Shown: positions 25,861-39,836 of the stretch, in pieces | Position numbering within the stretch: position 1 is the first letter of the stretch | Layout of the letters: each line of letters opens with the position of its first letter | Origin: Antedon mediterranea | Taxonomy: Eukaryota; Animalia; Echinodermata | Length of the DNA stretch: 64,000 nt | Reading direction: 5' to 3' | Assembly (NCBI RefSeq): GCF_964355755.1 | Contig: NC_092679.1 | Coordinates: 6,664,201-6,728,200 of the forward strand | Translations under genes and position numbers: made by a program | Notes under the pieces: model-generated | Seen by the model: the letters and a program-made list of their open reading frames with translations, nothing else | Database searches by the model: none | Told to the model about the DNA's origin: nothing

Positions 25861-26388
25861 AAAGCCTTACATTAAAGGGACATTCTATTAAAACCTTACA
25901 TAAAGGAACATTCTATTAAAGCCTTACATTAAAGGGACATTCTATTACAACCTTACATAAAGGAACATTCTATTAAAGCCTTACATTAAAGGGACATTCT
26001 ATTAAAACCTTACATAAAGGAACATTCAATTAAAGCCTTACATTAAAGGAACATTCTATTACAACCTTACATAACGGAGCATTCTATTACAACCTTACAT
26101 AACGGAACATTCTATTACAACCTTACATAAAGGAACATTCTATTAAAGCCTTACATTAAAGGGACATTCTATTAAAACCTTACATAAAGGAACATTCAAT
26201 TAAAGCCTTACATTAAAGGGACATTCTATTAAAACCTTGCATAAAGGAACATTCTATTAAAGCCTTAGATTAAAGAGACATTCTATTAACCTTACATTAA
26301 AGGGGCATTCCATTAAAGCCTTACATTAAAGAGACATTCTATTAAAACAACCTTACATTAAAGGAACATTCCATTAAAGGGACATTCC
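25861..26388. repeat. 28/29-bp minisatellite, about 18 copies
   Basis: Units AAAGCCTTACATTAAAGGGACATTCTATT and AAAACCTTACATAAAGGAACATTCTATT, largely alternating. Confidence 0.95.
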
Positions 26389-29300
26389 AGCTCTTTATTT
26401 TAAAAGATCAATTAATCGATTAACACTACTCAAATAGAATAAGCAAAAATGTTTACGCGCGCGTACAAATACGCTAATGCATTTTCAACCTTTATACGCC
26501 GCGTTAACCAAAAGATACGTTGATAACGAACAGTTTACATTTGATTAACATAAAAGTAATAGCAGAGAATACATGTTCTTTGGGATTTCATTCACAAATT
26601 GTTACACGCGTTATAAATAGGTTTTCGCCTACAAATGTTTGTAACAAGCGGCACCTCAACCGAAAATTATTGATCACTGAATTCTTTGAACCCATTAGAT
26701 GATGTTCAAATCATCAACATTACAACATGCAAAGCCCAAACACATATACATCTTTAACATACCAGCGGTGTACTTTGTGTATGTTCGTTACTACAAACGA
26801 GTTTCAAGTCTAATGTAATGGAAAAGAATTACTATTTCTCTGCAGGGAAAACAGCTATTACCTTTTTGTAATGGAATTCTTTATTTTGCATTTATATACA
26901 AATCCCTCTATTTTATGTCGTGACTTATTTTAATGTTACTGTTTTTGAAGTAGAAATTGGAATACATGCTATGATAGTTTTCATGGTGATTTATTGCAAA
27001 CGAGTTGAGCATTTGTAACTACACAACTTTCAGTTAAGTACAATGTTTAGCTAGTAGTAAACAGTATTTGACATTTTCATGATTGAAAAAAGTAATTACC
27101 GCGTAGCTTAGTAGTGGTGTACAGTTGAGCCAGTAAAAATCCAATAATGATAGGATCTGGTAGGATTTGGTTTTATGACTAAAAGAACTAACCATAAGCC
27201 TTAGAAAGTTCAATATCAACCATGCATTAGCAGCAACGATCTTATATTCTTTATACTGCTGCAAAATATTATGTTTAGGTAGCGTTATCGAATAGGACAA
27301 CAGTAAAAACCAGACGCCTGCAGGGATCCGTGGTTCTTATTGAAAATTGAATTAAATTATTATTCTAAATAAACTCATTATGTCACTAAGACGAACCATT
27401 TCAGTTAAAATGAAAGAAACTTATCTGAAACAAAATATTTTAAAATCTTTGAAAAGTGAAAATTAAAACGATATCAATTAATAACTTTTGCTGCAAATCC
27501 AATCTTTTTCAATAACAAAATAAGATGAAACATTCAGTTCCACAAGATGAAGTCTACACTATTCAGCCAAAAACTGGCTTGCTGAAAAGTGATGTATACT
27601 CATCATGCATATTAATAAGGCGCTCCTTATAGGCCTGAGACTCTTGCATAGAGAAAAATCTTCGGAAAAAATATTCGGGATGGGTATATCCATGTAAAAT
27701 ATGACGATAGTGTGTGAATAAAATAATATTCTAAAATAATCGCTATGGTCCAATAATCTGTCCAACTCAATTACTATGGCTATAAATCAGCTGTTAATTA
27801 AAAAAACAAACAACAAAATACTGAAAAGATTTTCACCGATTGCCCATTACATTTGAAATTAAAAACTCATTGAATCAATCGAGATTTATGTCCCCTCGTG
27901 AAACACAATCTTTTCCTGAGTTCTCTGTACTATTACATTGATTTCATCTCACAAACAAGACACTGTGCAAAAGAAGTTATTATATTGCAACATGAAACCT
28001 CACTCAAAGTACTTGTATAAAATCAATATTATATGGACATAAAGTTTAACCGTTACACGTGTTTGCCTGTATAGTATGGTGTATAATAATAGTAAGATAG
28101 TCGACACAGTTCATGGAGAAAGTTATTTTCCATGTTCAGTAAAAGTAGTTCGATAGGAAAATTCTTTTACAAAATTAAATGAACAATTTTGAATTATTTT
28201 ATCTGATCGAAAGAACACATGGGTCTAAAAAAATATACATTATGTGTGTCGCGTTGGGAATTAAAAAAATAATGACTTTAAATGTCTCGAAAGAGGTTCT
28301 ATAGACATTTTCCATCAAAAGCTTTCTTGGGTAACACCCAAATCCCATTCTCCACCTGCTAAACGTGCATAATCATGGGTCATTCGTCGCATATTTGTCT
28401 CGCAGCATGCGGAGCAAGTCACATAAATGGCTATCACCACTTCTATGGTCAAAATATAATCTTAACCTACGTCACGGCAGACCAGACAAGTTAAAATAGG
28501 TTATTTATTAGGTAATCCAACAGTTTGGTAACTGATATTTGCTTCTTGCTACCTAATTAATTTTAATGGGAATGTATGCTTAGTTAATGGTGGATATCGA
28601 TGTCACTTCTCTAATGAAATCGTAATAAAACCCAGCAAACAAGACAGTAAAAATGTCTTCATTGACATCGTCCCCGATATTATGAGGTAAAACCAGAATG
28701 CAAACCTATATTGCAAGGCTGCTAAAATGAATTTAAACAAATCTTCTTAAATAAGGCCTATTATTAAACCTTGTGCAGCAAAACTGTCGCACTTTGTAAC
28801 AAAACTGTCGCACTTTTTAATAACTGGTGTCGCACTTGTGATGCAACCAGTCTACACTTTTAGGAAACTTGACCAATTGATTGATTGTATTTGCGATTTT
28901 GCTCGTGTTTGCAAACTAAAGTTTTTCTGAAGTTAGAGAACTTAAACATTTCTTGCCAAAATCGGAATTTGTTTGAGCAAATTAGCGTTTACTAGTGTAG
29001 ACAGGTATGTTTCAGGGGACCACTATCCTTGTTTCTATGCATTTGATTGCGTTTTTGTTTTGTATTTGCTTGTTCTCCTTTGTTCATTATACTATTTACT
29101 TGATCAGCAGAAAGTGTTCAAATGTTGTTCAAAAAATATGTTTTAAGTATGATGCTTGATAATGATATGATAACCGAAGTAATAATATAGTAATAGTTTT
29201 ACTAGTAACTTGTTCTAATAAACTTAACTAAACTTCAGTCACCGTAATTAGTAATTTTACTTGAAATAGCCCAAATAGTAATTAAGTGTTAGTACAGTCG

Positions 29301-31859
29301 ACTGAATAGTGAACCATAAGGTATTTAATTTCCAAAGTCGTGATCTTATATGAACAAATATTTCATTGAAATGAGTTTATCATCTACTATCATTCATCAT
29401 TAGAAATTGATCATTCGCCCAAGGCTTTACATAATATGTGTTTATAACAATGTGACGCCTTTGTGTATTTAAAAGATTAATTTCTGAAATATCAAGAAAA
29501 TTGAAATTGATAATTCGATACAAGACGAATAATGGTACATAAGTTAAAGGCGTGGTTATTTACTGTGGACTCAGCATATACCGTAGCGAAGCACGACTAT
29601 GTTAGCTATTCAATTGTCTCTTGACGAAACTACATTAGCAGGGTATGGGGGTTGCAAACGACTAAAGGCAATGTTTATATTGAATTCGGAACAATACTAA
29701 TTAGCCGAAGCCATATCCCTACACCCTCTGGATAGTCTGAAAAGTATTCCGTAATATTACCCACAGCTTTTACTCGTCTGTACGTAACTACTCACTGAAT
29801 TGATTTTGATGAAATGTAGATTTGAAACCAATGGGCAAAAGATGGAGGATGAGAGCAGACCTTAAGAACGTTAAGTAAAGTCGTTAGAACATCGCAATTG
29901 GCTCTTGCGACACACCATTAATTACTCAAAACACATTTACCTATCGCGAGGGATTTTCTACTCTCTTTAATAGGAGTACTTAATTAAACTAGAGATCTAA
30001 AACTTGATCTTGTTTTATCCTAGTCGACGCTAATGTAGAACAGCTCAAGAAAGATGGGTTTGGTATGACATGATGAAATTGGCATGTTGAACTGTCCTGG
30101 ATTTGACCAATGACAGAGGTGTCAAGCATGCAGATGACGATCATGGAAAAAAGAAAGATTGATCAAGTTCATCAGAGTGTCACTACATTATAGAGGTTGT
30201 CACATTTGTGACAACCTCTCCGGTATTTTTTAATTCCCAATCCAACTAATTCATCAATCGTAAACCAATTTACATTATCTAAATACAATTGACCAAATGT
30301 TCTGTTTTAATTCGAAAGAAAGTGGCACGCGTATGAACGCTGAAACAATACGCGCTGATAATAGTAAATTGATTGGCATGTGCTTACGGCCTATCACATA
30401 AACATTATACGGTCTTGCTGTATGCTCATGTGAGGTGCTAATGGAATACATTGATTGAGTGGTCTATTGAAATCGCGAAAGAGACATCTAAATACAGTAA
30501 CACAATGACAGATGTAAAGAATTAATTCATTTCCATATTTTTCAAAATTAATAACTCAAGGAGAAGTAACTTTGTTTATTTGTTTATATGCAGTATTCAT
30601 ATATAAATTATCAGCAGATTTGTTTGTTAAACAACTTTAAAAGTACATTTAGACAACATACGGATGAATAGTGATCGATGAAGTGAAACAGCTTTAAACA
30701 GTATTTTATTGTTATCTAAAAAAATAACAAACACCAAGGTATGCATAAACAAACAAGTGCGCATAATATTATTAGGCATACACACAACGCACGATATGAT
30801 TTGGACAAAAAGACCAAAATCATCATGTACGTATACTGACAAAAGTAGGCCTATGATATAAAACAAATATGAGTTGACGAACTTTTAACGTTTAACCTTG
30901 AGAATATCATATGAAACACTCGTTAATGACACTGCGTTTGCAAAGAGATTATAAAATAATAAAAATATAACTAGCCAAAATGACCCATCATAATATGACA
31001 GATTACAAGAACAAAGCCCGAACATCTGACATGCATGTGACCTTTCCGGCCTAATGCGCGCAAAAAAAGCATACGCGGTTACGTCATTGCCTTCAATGTC
31101 AAGGATTTCTATATAGGCCTATTAGTAGAGCAGTTAGTGCCATAAAAATAGCCAAGTTGTGCACTTTATTACCAAAGCATGAAACTTGCCACAAAGTTTC
31201 TTTGATGTATATAGATTAAAAATATCGGGGGGTGCCAAGTGTCCAACGTCCGGTATGGCGGCCATCTTGATTTCAAAATGGCCACCATAAAAACAAAAAG
31301 TGTTCATATCTTGGGAACTATAAACAGTAGAGACTTGATTCTGGTGTTAAATTGTTCACAAACCACATATTTCTATTTGCTCTAATGAAAAGTTTCGTGA
31401 AAAAATGACCGGAAATGACGTTTCTCCCAGTTTGACCTTTGACCTCTTATCTGTATATCTCAGTAACTACTGATCATTTTCAATCGATTTTGGTGTCATT
31501 TTGTTCAGAATAGAGACATTTATATTTGTAGTAATGAAACATTTTCACATAAAATGACTGGAAATACAATTTATAACCTTTGACATATATAATATGTGAA
31601 CATACTGTATGTGGTTTACATTGGTATAAATGCACCTAATTTTTTTTAACGAAATAACTGACACTGCAAAAATGACCAGGAATTATTATTCTGAATTTTT
31701 GACTTTTGATGTGATAGGATAGGCGTAAAGTATGACAGATCACTGAGAAACAGCAATCACTGAGCTCATCTATGCCGACTTGTTTGCTAAACTGTGATGT
31801 GTCAATCGTTAGATAAAAGTTTTGGTCCTCTCTCCATCATCTTTTTTTTTTTGCACTGT

Positions 31860-32350
31860 ATTATACCATATGGACAATTGTCTGAAATAAAAGTTGAATT
31901 GAATTGTTAGATGCCATTTGGAAATATTTTTGATGTAAAGTAGCATTCTTTCGTTGGCCTCTTTGATGTTGCATATGAGACAAGTTCGGAAAGTTTTCAT
32001 TTTCATGAGTTAAGAGAATACCGTCTTTCAAAGTACTTACTACAAACTTATCCTGCATTTGTGCAGTAGACCTACTTTCATTAGTCAGAAACTCAGATAA
32101 TTCTTGTTCATTTTCGTTGCATCTAAAAAAATGTACTCCATTTTTATGGTAATGGGCCTTTGCTGTAAACCATCTGAATCCTTTTCCTCGATTTTCTCTA
32201 CTCATTGGTTTTTTAGCAAAATCCGAACCAAATCAATTCGTAAAAGACATCTCAATATAATTATTCAAGTAATTCTCAAATTAGTGACATGGACCTACAA
32301 TATACTGTTCTGTACAAGACCTTTTTAGGCATCCACTTGTGGACTTTCAC
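31860..32350 (-). pseudogene. Academ transposase (XPG-like nuclease region) relic
   Basis: Frameshifted pieces read SPQVDA, RIDLV, SRENRGKG, FFRCNENEQELSEFL and CNIKEANERMLLY, resembling Academ motifs RxDxVFD, RxxRG, FLxxxxNKxxLxxFL and HEEADTRxxLH as I recall them. Confidence 0.65.
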
Positions 32351-32417
32351 TTTCAAGGTCTTGGTCTCCTAATCATACAAGAAACAATGTCTGATTTAAT
32401 CAATCAAAGTAGTGGGT

Positions 32418-33905
32418 CCAGACAAAGAAGGGGATGTAAGACCATCCACAGACAAAAAAGGGGGTATAAGACCATCACAGACAAAGAAGGGGGGTATAAG
32501 ACCATCCACAGACAAAGAAGGGGGTATAAGACTATCCACAGACAAAGAAGGGCGTAAGACCATCCACAGACAAAGAAGGGGGTGTAAGACTATCCACAGA
32601 CAAAGAAAGGGGTATAAGGCCATCTACAGACAAAGAAGGGGGTGTAAGGACCATCCACAGACAAAGAAGGAGGTGTAAGACCATCCACAGACAAAGAAGA
32701 AAGGGGTGTAGGACCGTCCACAGACAAAGAAAGGGGTGTAAGGCCATCCACAGAGAAAGAAAGGGGTGTAAGGCCATCCACAGAGAAAGAAGGGGGTGTA
32801 AGACCATCCACAGACAAAGAAGGGGTGTAAGACCATCCACACACAAAGAAAGGGGTGTAAGACCATCCACACACAAAAAAGGGGTGTAAGACCATCAACA
32901 GACAAAGAAAGGGGTGTAATACCATCAACAGACAAGGAAGGGGATATAAGACCGTCCACAGGCACAGAAGGGGTGTAAGACCGTCCACAGACAAAGAAAG
33001 GGGTGTAAGACCGTCCACAGATAAAGAAGGGGGTGTAGGACCGTCCACAGACAAAGGGGGTGTAAGACCACCCACTGACAAAGAAAGGGTATAGGACCAC
33101 TTACAGACAAAGAAGGGGGTATAAGACCATCCACAGACAAAGAAGGTGATGTAGGACCATCCACAGACAAAGAAGGGGGTGTCGGACAATCCACAGACAA
33201 AGAAGGGGATGTAAGACCACCCACAGACAAAGAAGGGGGTGTAAGACCATCCACACACAAAGAAGGGATTATAAGACCATCTACAGACAAAGAAGGGGGT
33301 ATAAGACCATCCACAGACAAAGAAGGGGGTATAAGACCATCCACAGAGAAAGAAGGAGGTGTAAGACCATCCACAGACAAAGAAGGGGTGTAAAACCATC
33401 CACACACATAGAAAGGGGTGTAATACCATCAACAGACAAAGAAAGGGGTTTAATACCATCAACAGACAAAAAAGGGGTATAAGACCGTCCACAGACAAAG
33501 AAAGGGGTTCAAGACCATCCACAGACAAAGAAGGGGGTATAAGACCATCCACAGACAAAGAAGGGGGTGTAGGACTATCCACAGACAAAGAAGGGGTGTA
33601 GGACTATCCACATACAAAGAAGGGAGTGTAGGACCATCCACAGACAAAGAAGGGGTGTAAGACCATCTACATACAAAGAAAGGGGTGTAAGACCATCCAC
33701 AGACAAAGAAGCGGGTATAAGACCATCCACAGACAAAGAAGGGGGTATAAGACCATCCACAGACAAAGAAGCGGGTATAAGACCATCCACAGACAAAGAA
33801 GCGGGTATAAGACTATCCACAGACAAGGAAGGGGGTATAAGACCATCCACAGACAAAGAATGGGGTATAAGACCATCTACAGACAAAGAAGGAGGGGTAG
33901 GACCA
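32418..33905. repeat. 30-bp minisatellite, about 50 copies, inside the Academ element
   Basis: Consensus GACCATCCACAGACAAAGAAGGGGGTRTAA; 29-31 bp variants arise from G/A run length. Confidence 0.97.
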
Positions 33906-36900
33906 TATTACCGAGGAAGCATAGGCCTACAAAAAGAAGATGCAATCAAAATAGGCCTACCAGCCACTTGGAAAACAATAAATTGTAGAATAACTGAGGC
34001 TTGATTGTTGAAATATAAAGGGTTCTTTGTAAGGTCATTAATAATATATTGATATAAACACGATCATCATACTATTCATTTGACATTCAAATACAGTCTA
34101 TCTCGAAAAGAAGCTCATACTATCACCTTTTCGAGGTTTTACGGTATTCCATAACATGTATGTTATTTCCTCTGTCAAACTATTAAAACTTTTAGCGAAT
34201 CAGAAGGTGCCAACATCATTGAACTAATGGTACCACCAAAAGCACAATGTTTACCAATTTTATGTACTATATACAATTTAAGTCCATTAATCATTTAATA
34301 TAATTACGCCTATCAGGTCAAAGTTTAGTTCAAAATTAGGTGCATTTAAGACCACCAAAAACCACATACAGTATATTCACATAATTAAAAATCAATAATT
34401 AAATGTCAAAGGTCATAAATTGTATTTCCGGTCATTTTATGTGAAAATGTTTCATTACTACAAATATAAATGTATTTATTCTGAACAAAATGACACCAAA
34501 ATCGATTAAAAATGACCAGTAGTTACAGAGATATACAAATACGAGGTCAAAGGTCAAACTGAAAGAAACGTCATTTCCGGTCATTTTTTGACGAAAATTT
34601 TCATTAGAGCAAATAGAAATATATAGTTTGTGAACAATTTGAGACCAGAATTAAGTCTCTAATGTGTATAGTTGCCAAGATATGAACATTTTTTGTTTTT
34701 ATGGTGGCCATTTTGAAATCAAGATGGCCGCCATACCGGACGTTGGACACTTGGCACCCCCCGATATTTTGAATCTATATACATTATAGAAACTTTGTGC
34801 CAAGTTTCATGCTTTGGTAATAAAATGCACAGCTCATGTCATTAACTGCTCTACTATATCCCGAGGCCTATATATGCCGTCTGTTTTTTGTTGATACATT
34901 TTATAAAAAGGCTTTCATGAAATTACTATACAGCATTAATTTCTGGAAATTATCAACAGCAGAATTTGCTTGGATTAATGAATCATTATCAATGAGATTC
35001 ATTTATGAAAACCCCCCTTATCGTCTGCGTTTCTTGGCGCCAAAGTTCTATTAGAAATAATTCTCTTTAATAATAATGGAAAATGTACTGTGAAGAGTGC
35101 AAGTGTATGATCTAGGAAAGACTAATTTTTCTATTCTCGGTATTCTTGGCGCCTGATAACTGAAGATGTACTATCGTATTTATTAGATAACTGACCAAAT
35201 TGAACATGTGTAATTAATTATACCTAGCCTAGCCGATAAACTAACTTACTCTATAATCAAATGTATTAATGTTCTTTAACTTGAAACCTTTATGAAAGCA
35301 TTCTATATTAACATACCAAATAGACATAATGATAAGATATTTAGGCCTACAGGAGGTGAAAACATATCGCACCACCACTGACGCATTCTGAAGAAACTAG
35401 TCACCTTCTATCTATACGACATTCCAATTTAAATCATTTTATCTTTTAGTTTCAAATCAAACCTTACAAAATAATGGAATTAATATCATTCAATTTGTCA
35501 ATCAACAATAACGAAAACAAAAGTTTGGTTCGTAAAGTAGACATTGAATGAAATGGTTCAAAGGTCACACGTTACAGTTGTCAGGTTTTCATAGAATTAA
35601 AAGCTTTTATTTGAAACTGTTAAAATTCACTCATCTCCTAAGAAATTGTTTGCTCTTCAGATTCTTACCCATGACCCGAAGATCTTTGCTAAATATTCTC
35701 TCTGAATATGAGGTCACTATTGATAGACACTTTGTTTAGTTGCTAAGCCCTGCTTGTCAATTTCCTTCTGTTTCATCAACTTTCAAGCTCTTACCAGCGT
35801 TCCAATTTAAGTGGCATATATTTCTTGACTTTACTCAAGATTAATTCAATATGGTCGAAATGTCTTAATCCTTGTAACACGATACATGAATGAACTTCCT
35901 ATTAAATGAATGTCGAACAAAAAGGACAAAGGACAGACAAGAAATAGAGTTATGATTACCATTGTTTGCTCTAAGCAAAGTTTATTAATTACTATTTTCC
36001 CTCATAACGACCATTTTAAATGTAAATGATTATACAATAATCGAGTTCAGGTTGCTATGAACACCAACCAAAGGGCTATTGATGACCTTTTATTAGATAT
36101 TATAGTTCAATCATGTATGTATGGTTTTATTTATTTGAAAGAGAGAAAGTTAAACTTAAAGCATTCTCGTACATGATCCGCAGACGAGACCACGAAATGA
36201 TTTTTTTTATTAAACAATCATCAGTAGCCTTCTCGCCCAAACTGTATACTTCTGATACAAGGCAGTTCTACCAACAAAATATTATAAAATGTATGTGTTG
36301 TGACATCTTTAGGTTCTTTTTTAACCCGCCTATGGTAATTACGATCATTTCCATCATTATGACTATTTTCTAACGATTAAGCCTTCCGAGGCGACAGTAT
36401 TTGATGTTATATTTCCGTTACTATAAGGTGTTTGATGGATGTTATCCATAGATGCTTCAAGCATACACCGTAGATGTTCCGTTTTGTATAATTTCTGACG
36501 AAAATAATTAATAAAACTCTTGCGGGTAGATGTATATTGCCATGCTTGTAACGCAATCAACCGTGTTTATTTCGCTATACCTGTTAAGTATGATTGATTT
36601 GATAACAGTAACTATTAATCAATACACACTCAAAATGCTTTTGTAAATAATTGAAAAAGGAAATTATTTTTATTACCACTGGGAAATATTGAAGCAAAGC
36701 AGAGAGGGGTGGGTAGCATGGATGCTACAGAAGGAATTATTTAGGCTTAGGGAATTTTGGACAGGTGACGATGTTCCTTATGTTTGGGCGTAAACGTAAG
36801 AATCGCTTTCTTTGCGATGTTTTAAAACTTTTCAACGTAATTTAAACGCACCTGCGCCTGAGTTTAAATGAACAATGAAGATTACGCTTGATCGATAATG

Positions 36901-37187
36901 TGTCGACGATGATGTCTTTATTACAATACATTATCGTTGGAGTCGTAAAAAATGATTTTTAAACATATGAACCGTAAACAATTAAATGTGAATAGGTTGC
37001 CCTACTATTTTTATTTGTAGGCCTATTCCGTCTCGACAATGCATAGAAACGTTTGCTATTTTGTTGTATATTTATATGGTGTTATATATAATTAAACACA
37101 ACAGGCAAAGAACATTAGTGTTTTGCGCACCACAACTGTTGCTTTATTGTATGGATGGTTTAATTAGAAAGTTTAATTGTTTTTGCG

Positions 37188-37237
37188 GACATTTCCGAGG
37201 TCATGGTTCAAGTGAACATTTCCGAGGTCATGGTTCA
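37188..37237. repeat. Short tandem duplication
   Basis: ACATTTCCGAGGTCATGGTTCA occurs twice. Confidence 0.8.
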
Positions 37238-37521
37238 TATTTGAAGTTCAGGGTTCATCTTTAGTGTGTCATAACATCACTTCTAAACATCAGCATCAAT
37301 TTTCTGAAAGTTCATTACGGTCAGAAAATTTAATTAAGGGTCATTAACATCCCATATTCTGTTTTAAACATTTTAAGGTATTTTCCATTGTGCTATTTAA
37401 AAAAAAACAATTTACATTAATACTAATATTTGAGACAAAGAAAATATTAAACTAAATAACAGGTTTCTTTTAAAGGTATTACTGTACTGTAAATTATAAA
37501 CTATTTCACCGACGCCACAAT

Positions 37522-37573
37522 AAGCTGTCAAAAAACAAGAGCTGTAAAAAAACAAGAGCTGTCAAAAAACAAG
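37522..37573. repeat. 17-bp tandem repeat, 3 copies
   Basis: Unit AGCTGTCAAAAAACAAG. Confidence 0.8.
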
Positions 37574-39119
37574 AATGTGTTTAGCTAATTTAAAGTGTAA
37601 TGTGGAACAAACATGCTAATGTATTTAAAATGAATTCGTATTAGGAGCTTACATAACTACTTGAGGTGCATAGACTATGTTTTTATGCGAAAGGCTATTT
37701 GATCACAAAACGTTGCTCATATTTTAGACATTTTGATCAATTCTGTTTAAAATAAGGCAATGTATTGGTTTGATTGCTAATAAAGATTGTTTTAAAAAAG
37801 CAATAAAAATCAACAACAGACAGAATTTGAGTTCCGATGAAAATTATTCACTATGTAAAAAACAATTTAAAAAGACGAAGTTATACCAATAACGCATCAA
37901 TGTTTGAAATCGCTCAAACTACATTAACTTATGAACTATTCGTGCTTTATATTAAATATATTGGTTAAAAGAGCCTATTAAAACATGACTAAACATTAAG
38001 CTAGTAGCCAAAAGCGGCTATTAAATTCAACGTATTATGTTATTATTGTGGATACTTCACACTAGGGAGACTTATGAAGTTAAGTCATCTTGTCCATTTT
38101 GTGAGGTGAATCACCGATCTTGGATTATATTGTGGAATAATTGTTTCAGGGGCTTAGGAGAGCCATAAGTGTCGGTGACCTGTCTTGATATCATAAGTCG
38201 TCGGGTTCGTGCTGAGAAATTAATACAGTATATACAATGTATGGAGTAAAGCTCTGTCTACAATATCAAACTAGTTTGATAAAAAAGGTTTTGTGCCCAA
38301 ATATGGTAGTGACATGCCCGAATATCGTAGTGATGTGACATCATCATGTCCATGTATGGCCACATCACATTTTTGTTGTTGCATAAGAAAATCCAGTATC
38401 TAGCATACGACTACTAAGTACAAAACGAGATAATACCGGACATTCAGGTAACTCTAAATAACAGAACACAGAGAGTTAAGTGTTAAAACGAGATAACTTG
38501 TACATAATATAAACACCATTCGATTATAAATGCTCATTGCTTTACAAATGAATCCACAGCCTAGTTTCATTTATTCAAATTTAAACCCTACTCTAATGCA
38601 GCGGCACGTGAATATTTTTCTATATTTGATTTTTGTATTTTCTATTCCAATAAAAACATCTGTCCTGACTTTGTCTAGTAGGTCTACCGTCTTTGCAGAA
38701 ACAAATATTATGGTCGTTCGCCTGAATTGTCGAAAACAGGTGTCAACATTTCCATATTTAGGTCACCTTATACTATAGAGCATCGGCATTGAAAATGGAA
38801 TAATTCAAGTTATTGTTGGAATATTTAGTCTGATTAATGTCACAATAACTAAATTATAACAAGAGTTGATAAAGCATTTCATGTCTGATTTTGATGAATA
38901 ATATTCTTTGTTCTAAAGCCCTGTCTACACTATTAAACTTTGTGTGACAAAAAAGTAATGTGCCCATATGGACATGATGATGTCATATCACTCCTAGTAC
39001 CATATTTGGGCACATCACACTAATGATTAGCAAGGTGGCTGGTGCGTTTACAGTGGGTAACAATAAACTTGATTCCCCATATATAAACTAACCGTTTAAA
39101 TCAATTCTATATAGAACCA

Positions 39120-39836
39120 AACATGCCGTATGAAGTTACGAGAAAAGGGATAGCGTATTAATAATATGAATAAAATGACTCATATTAATGTTGAATTAGC
39201 TGCTTCATCTATGTAAAATGTAATCACTTTTTACTTCAACTTTGTTTGTTCCATGTGGTATAATATATATTATTCTTATAAACTTTGAGACCGAACTAGA
39301 AATATTGATTCAAACAACATTGAAAATAAACAAATATGAACTAAGTTCTGGAAACAATGAATGATCGTAAAGAAACGGGAATACATCTACTTGAAGCGTA
39401 AGTTTGTCTTTCGATTCCATTGGTCAATTCTACTGGTCAACCACTGGTCAATTGAAAAATTTAAAAGCGAGCGAGTGATTCACAAGAAATCAAGGGTGAA
39501 TTAGTTTATTGCTTGTACTGGTCAGTATTTTCAATTTCTTCTTTATGATTGATTTGTATTATTTGCCATATAAAATGATGGATATCTGTCCAAATTAATA
39601 TTTTATGACATGTTTTTGTTTCATAAAAGTGAATGGTCAAATATCATCAATCAATCGGTCATATTTTAATTTGTACTTGAAGACATATTACTTAACATGC
39701 CGTATGAAGTTACGAGAAAAGGGATAGCGTATTAATAATATGAATAAAATGACTCATATTAATGTTGAATTAGCTGCTTCATCTATGTAAAATGTAATCA
39801 CTTTTTACTTCAACTTTGTTTGTTCCATGTGGTATA
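39120..39836. repeat. 143-bp perfect direct repeat (39120-39262 and 39694-39836)
   Basis: AACATGCCGTATGAAG...CCATGTGGTATA appears identical in both copies, 574 bp apart. Confidence 0.92.

Larger units (their letters stand above)
31123..34856 (-). mobile_element. Academ-type DNA transposon, internally deleted
   Basis: Long TIRs of roughly 525 bp (31123-~31648 and ~34333-34856) with termini TAGTAGAGCAGTTA...TAACTGCTCTACTA, 3-bp TSD TAT, and a transposase-like relic on the minus strand. Confidence 0.85.

Noticed and set aside
32339-33886. Many overlapping ORFs up to 332 aa
   Set aside because: By-products of a stop-poor 30-bp repeat with frequent frameshifts.
32418-33905. CRISPR-like array
   Set aside because: Units are contiguous with no unique spacers, there are no cas genes, and the context is eukaryotic.
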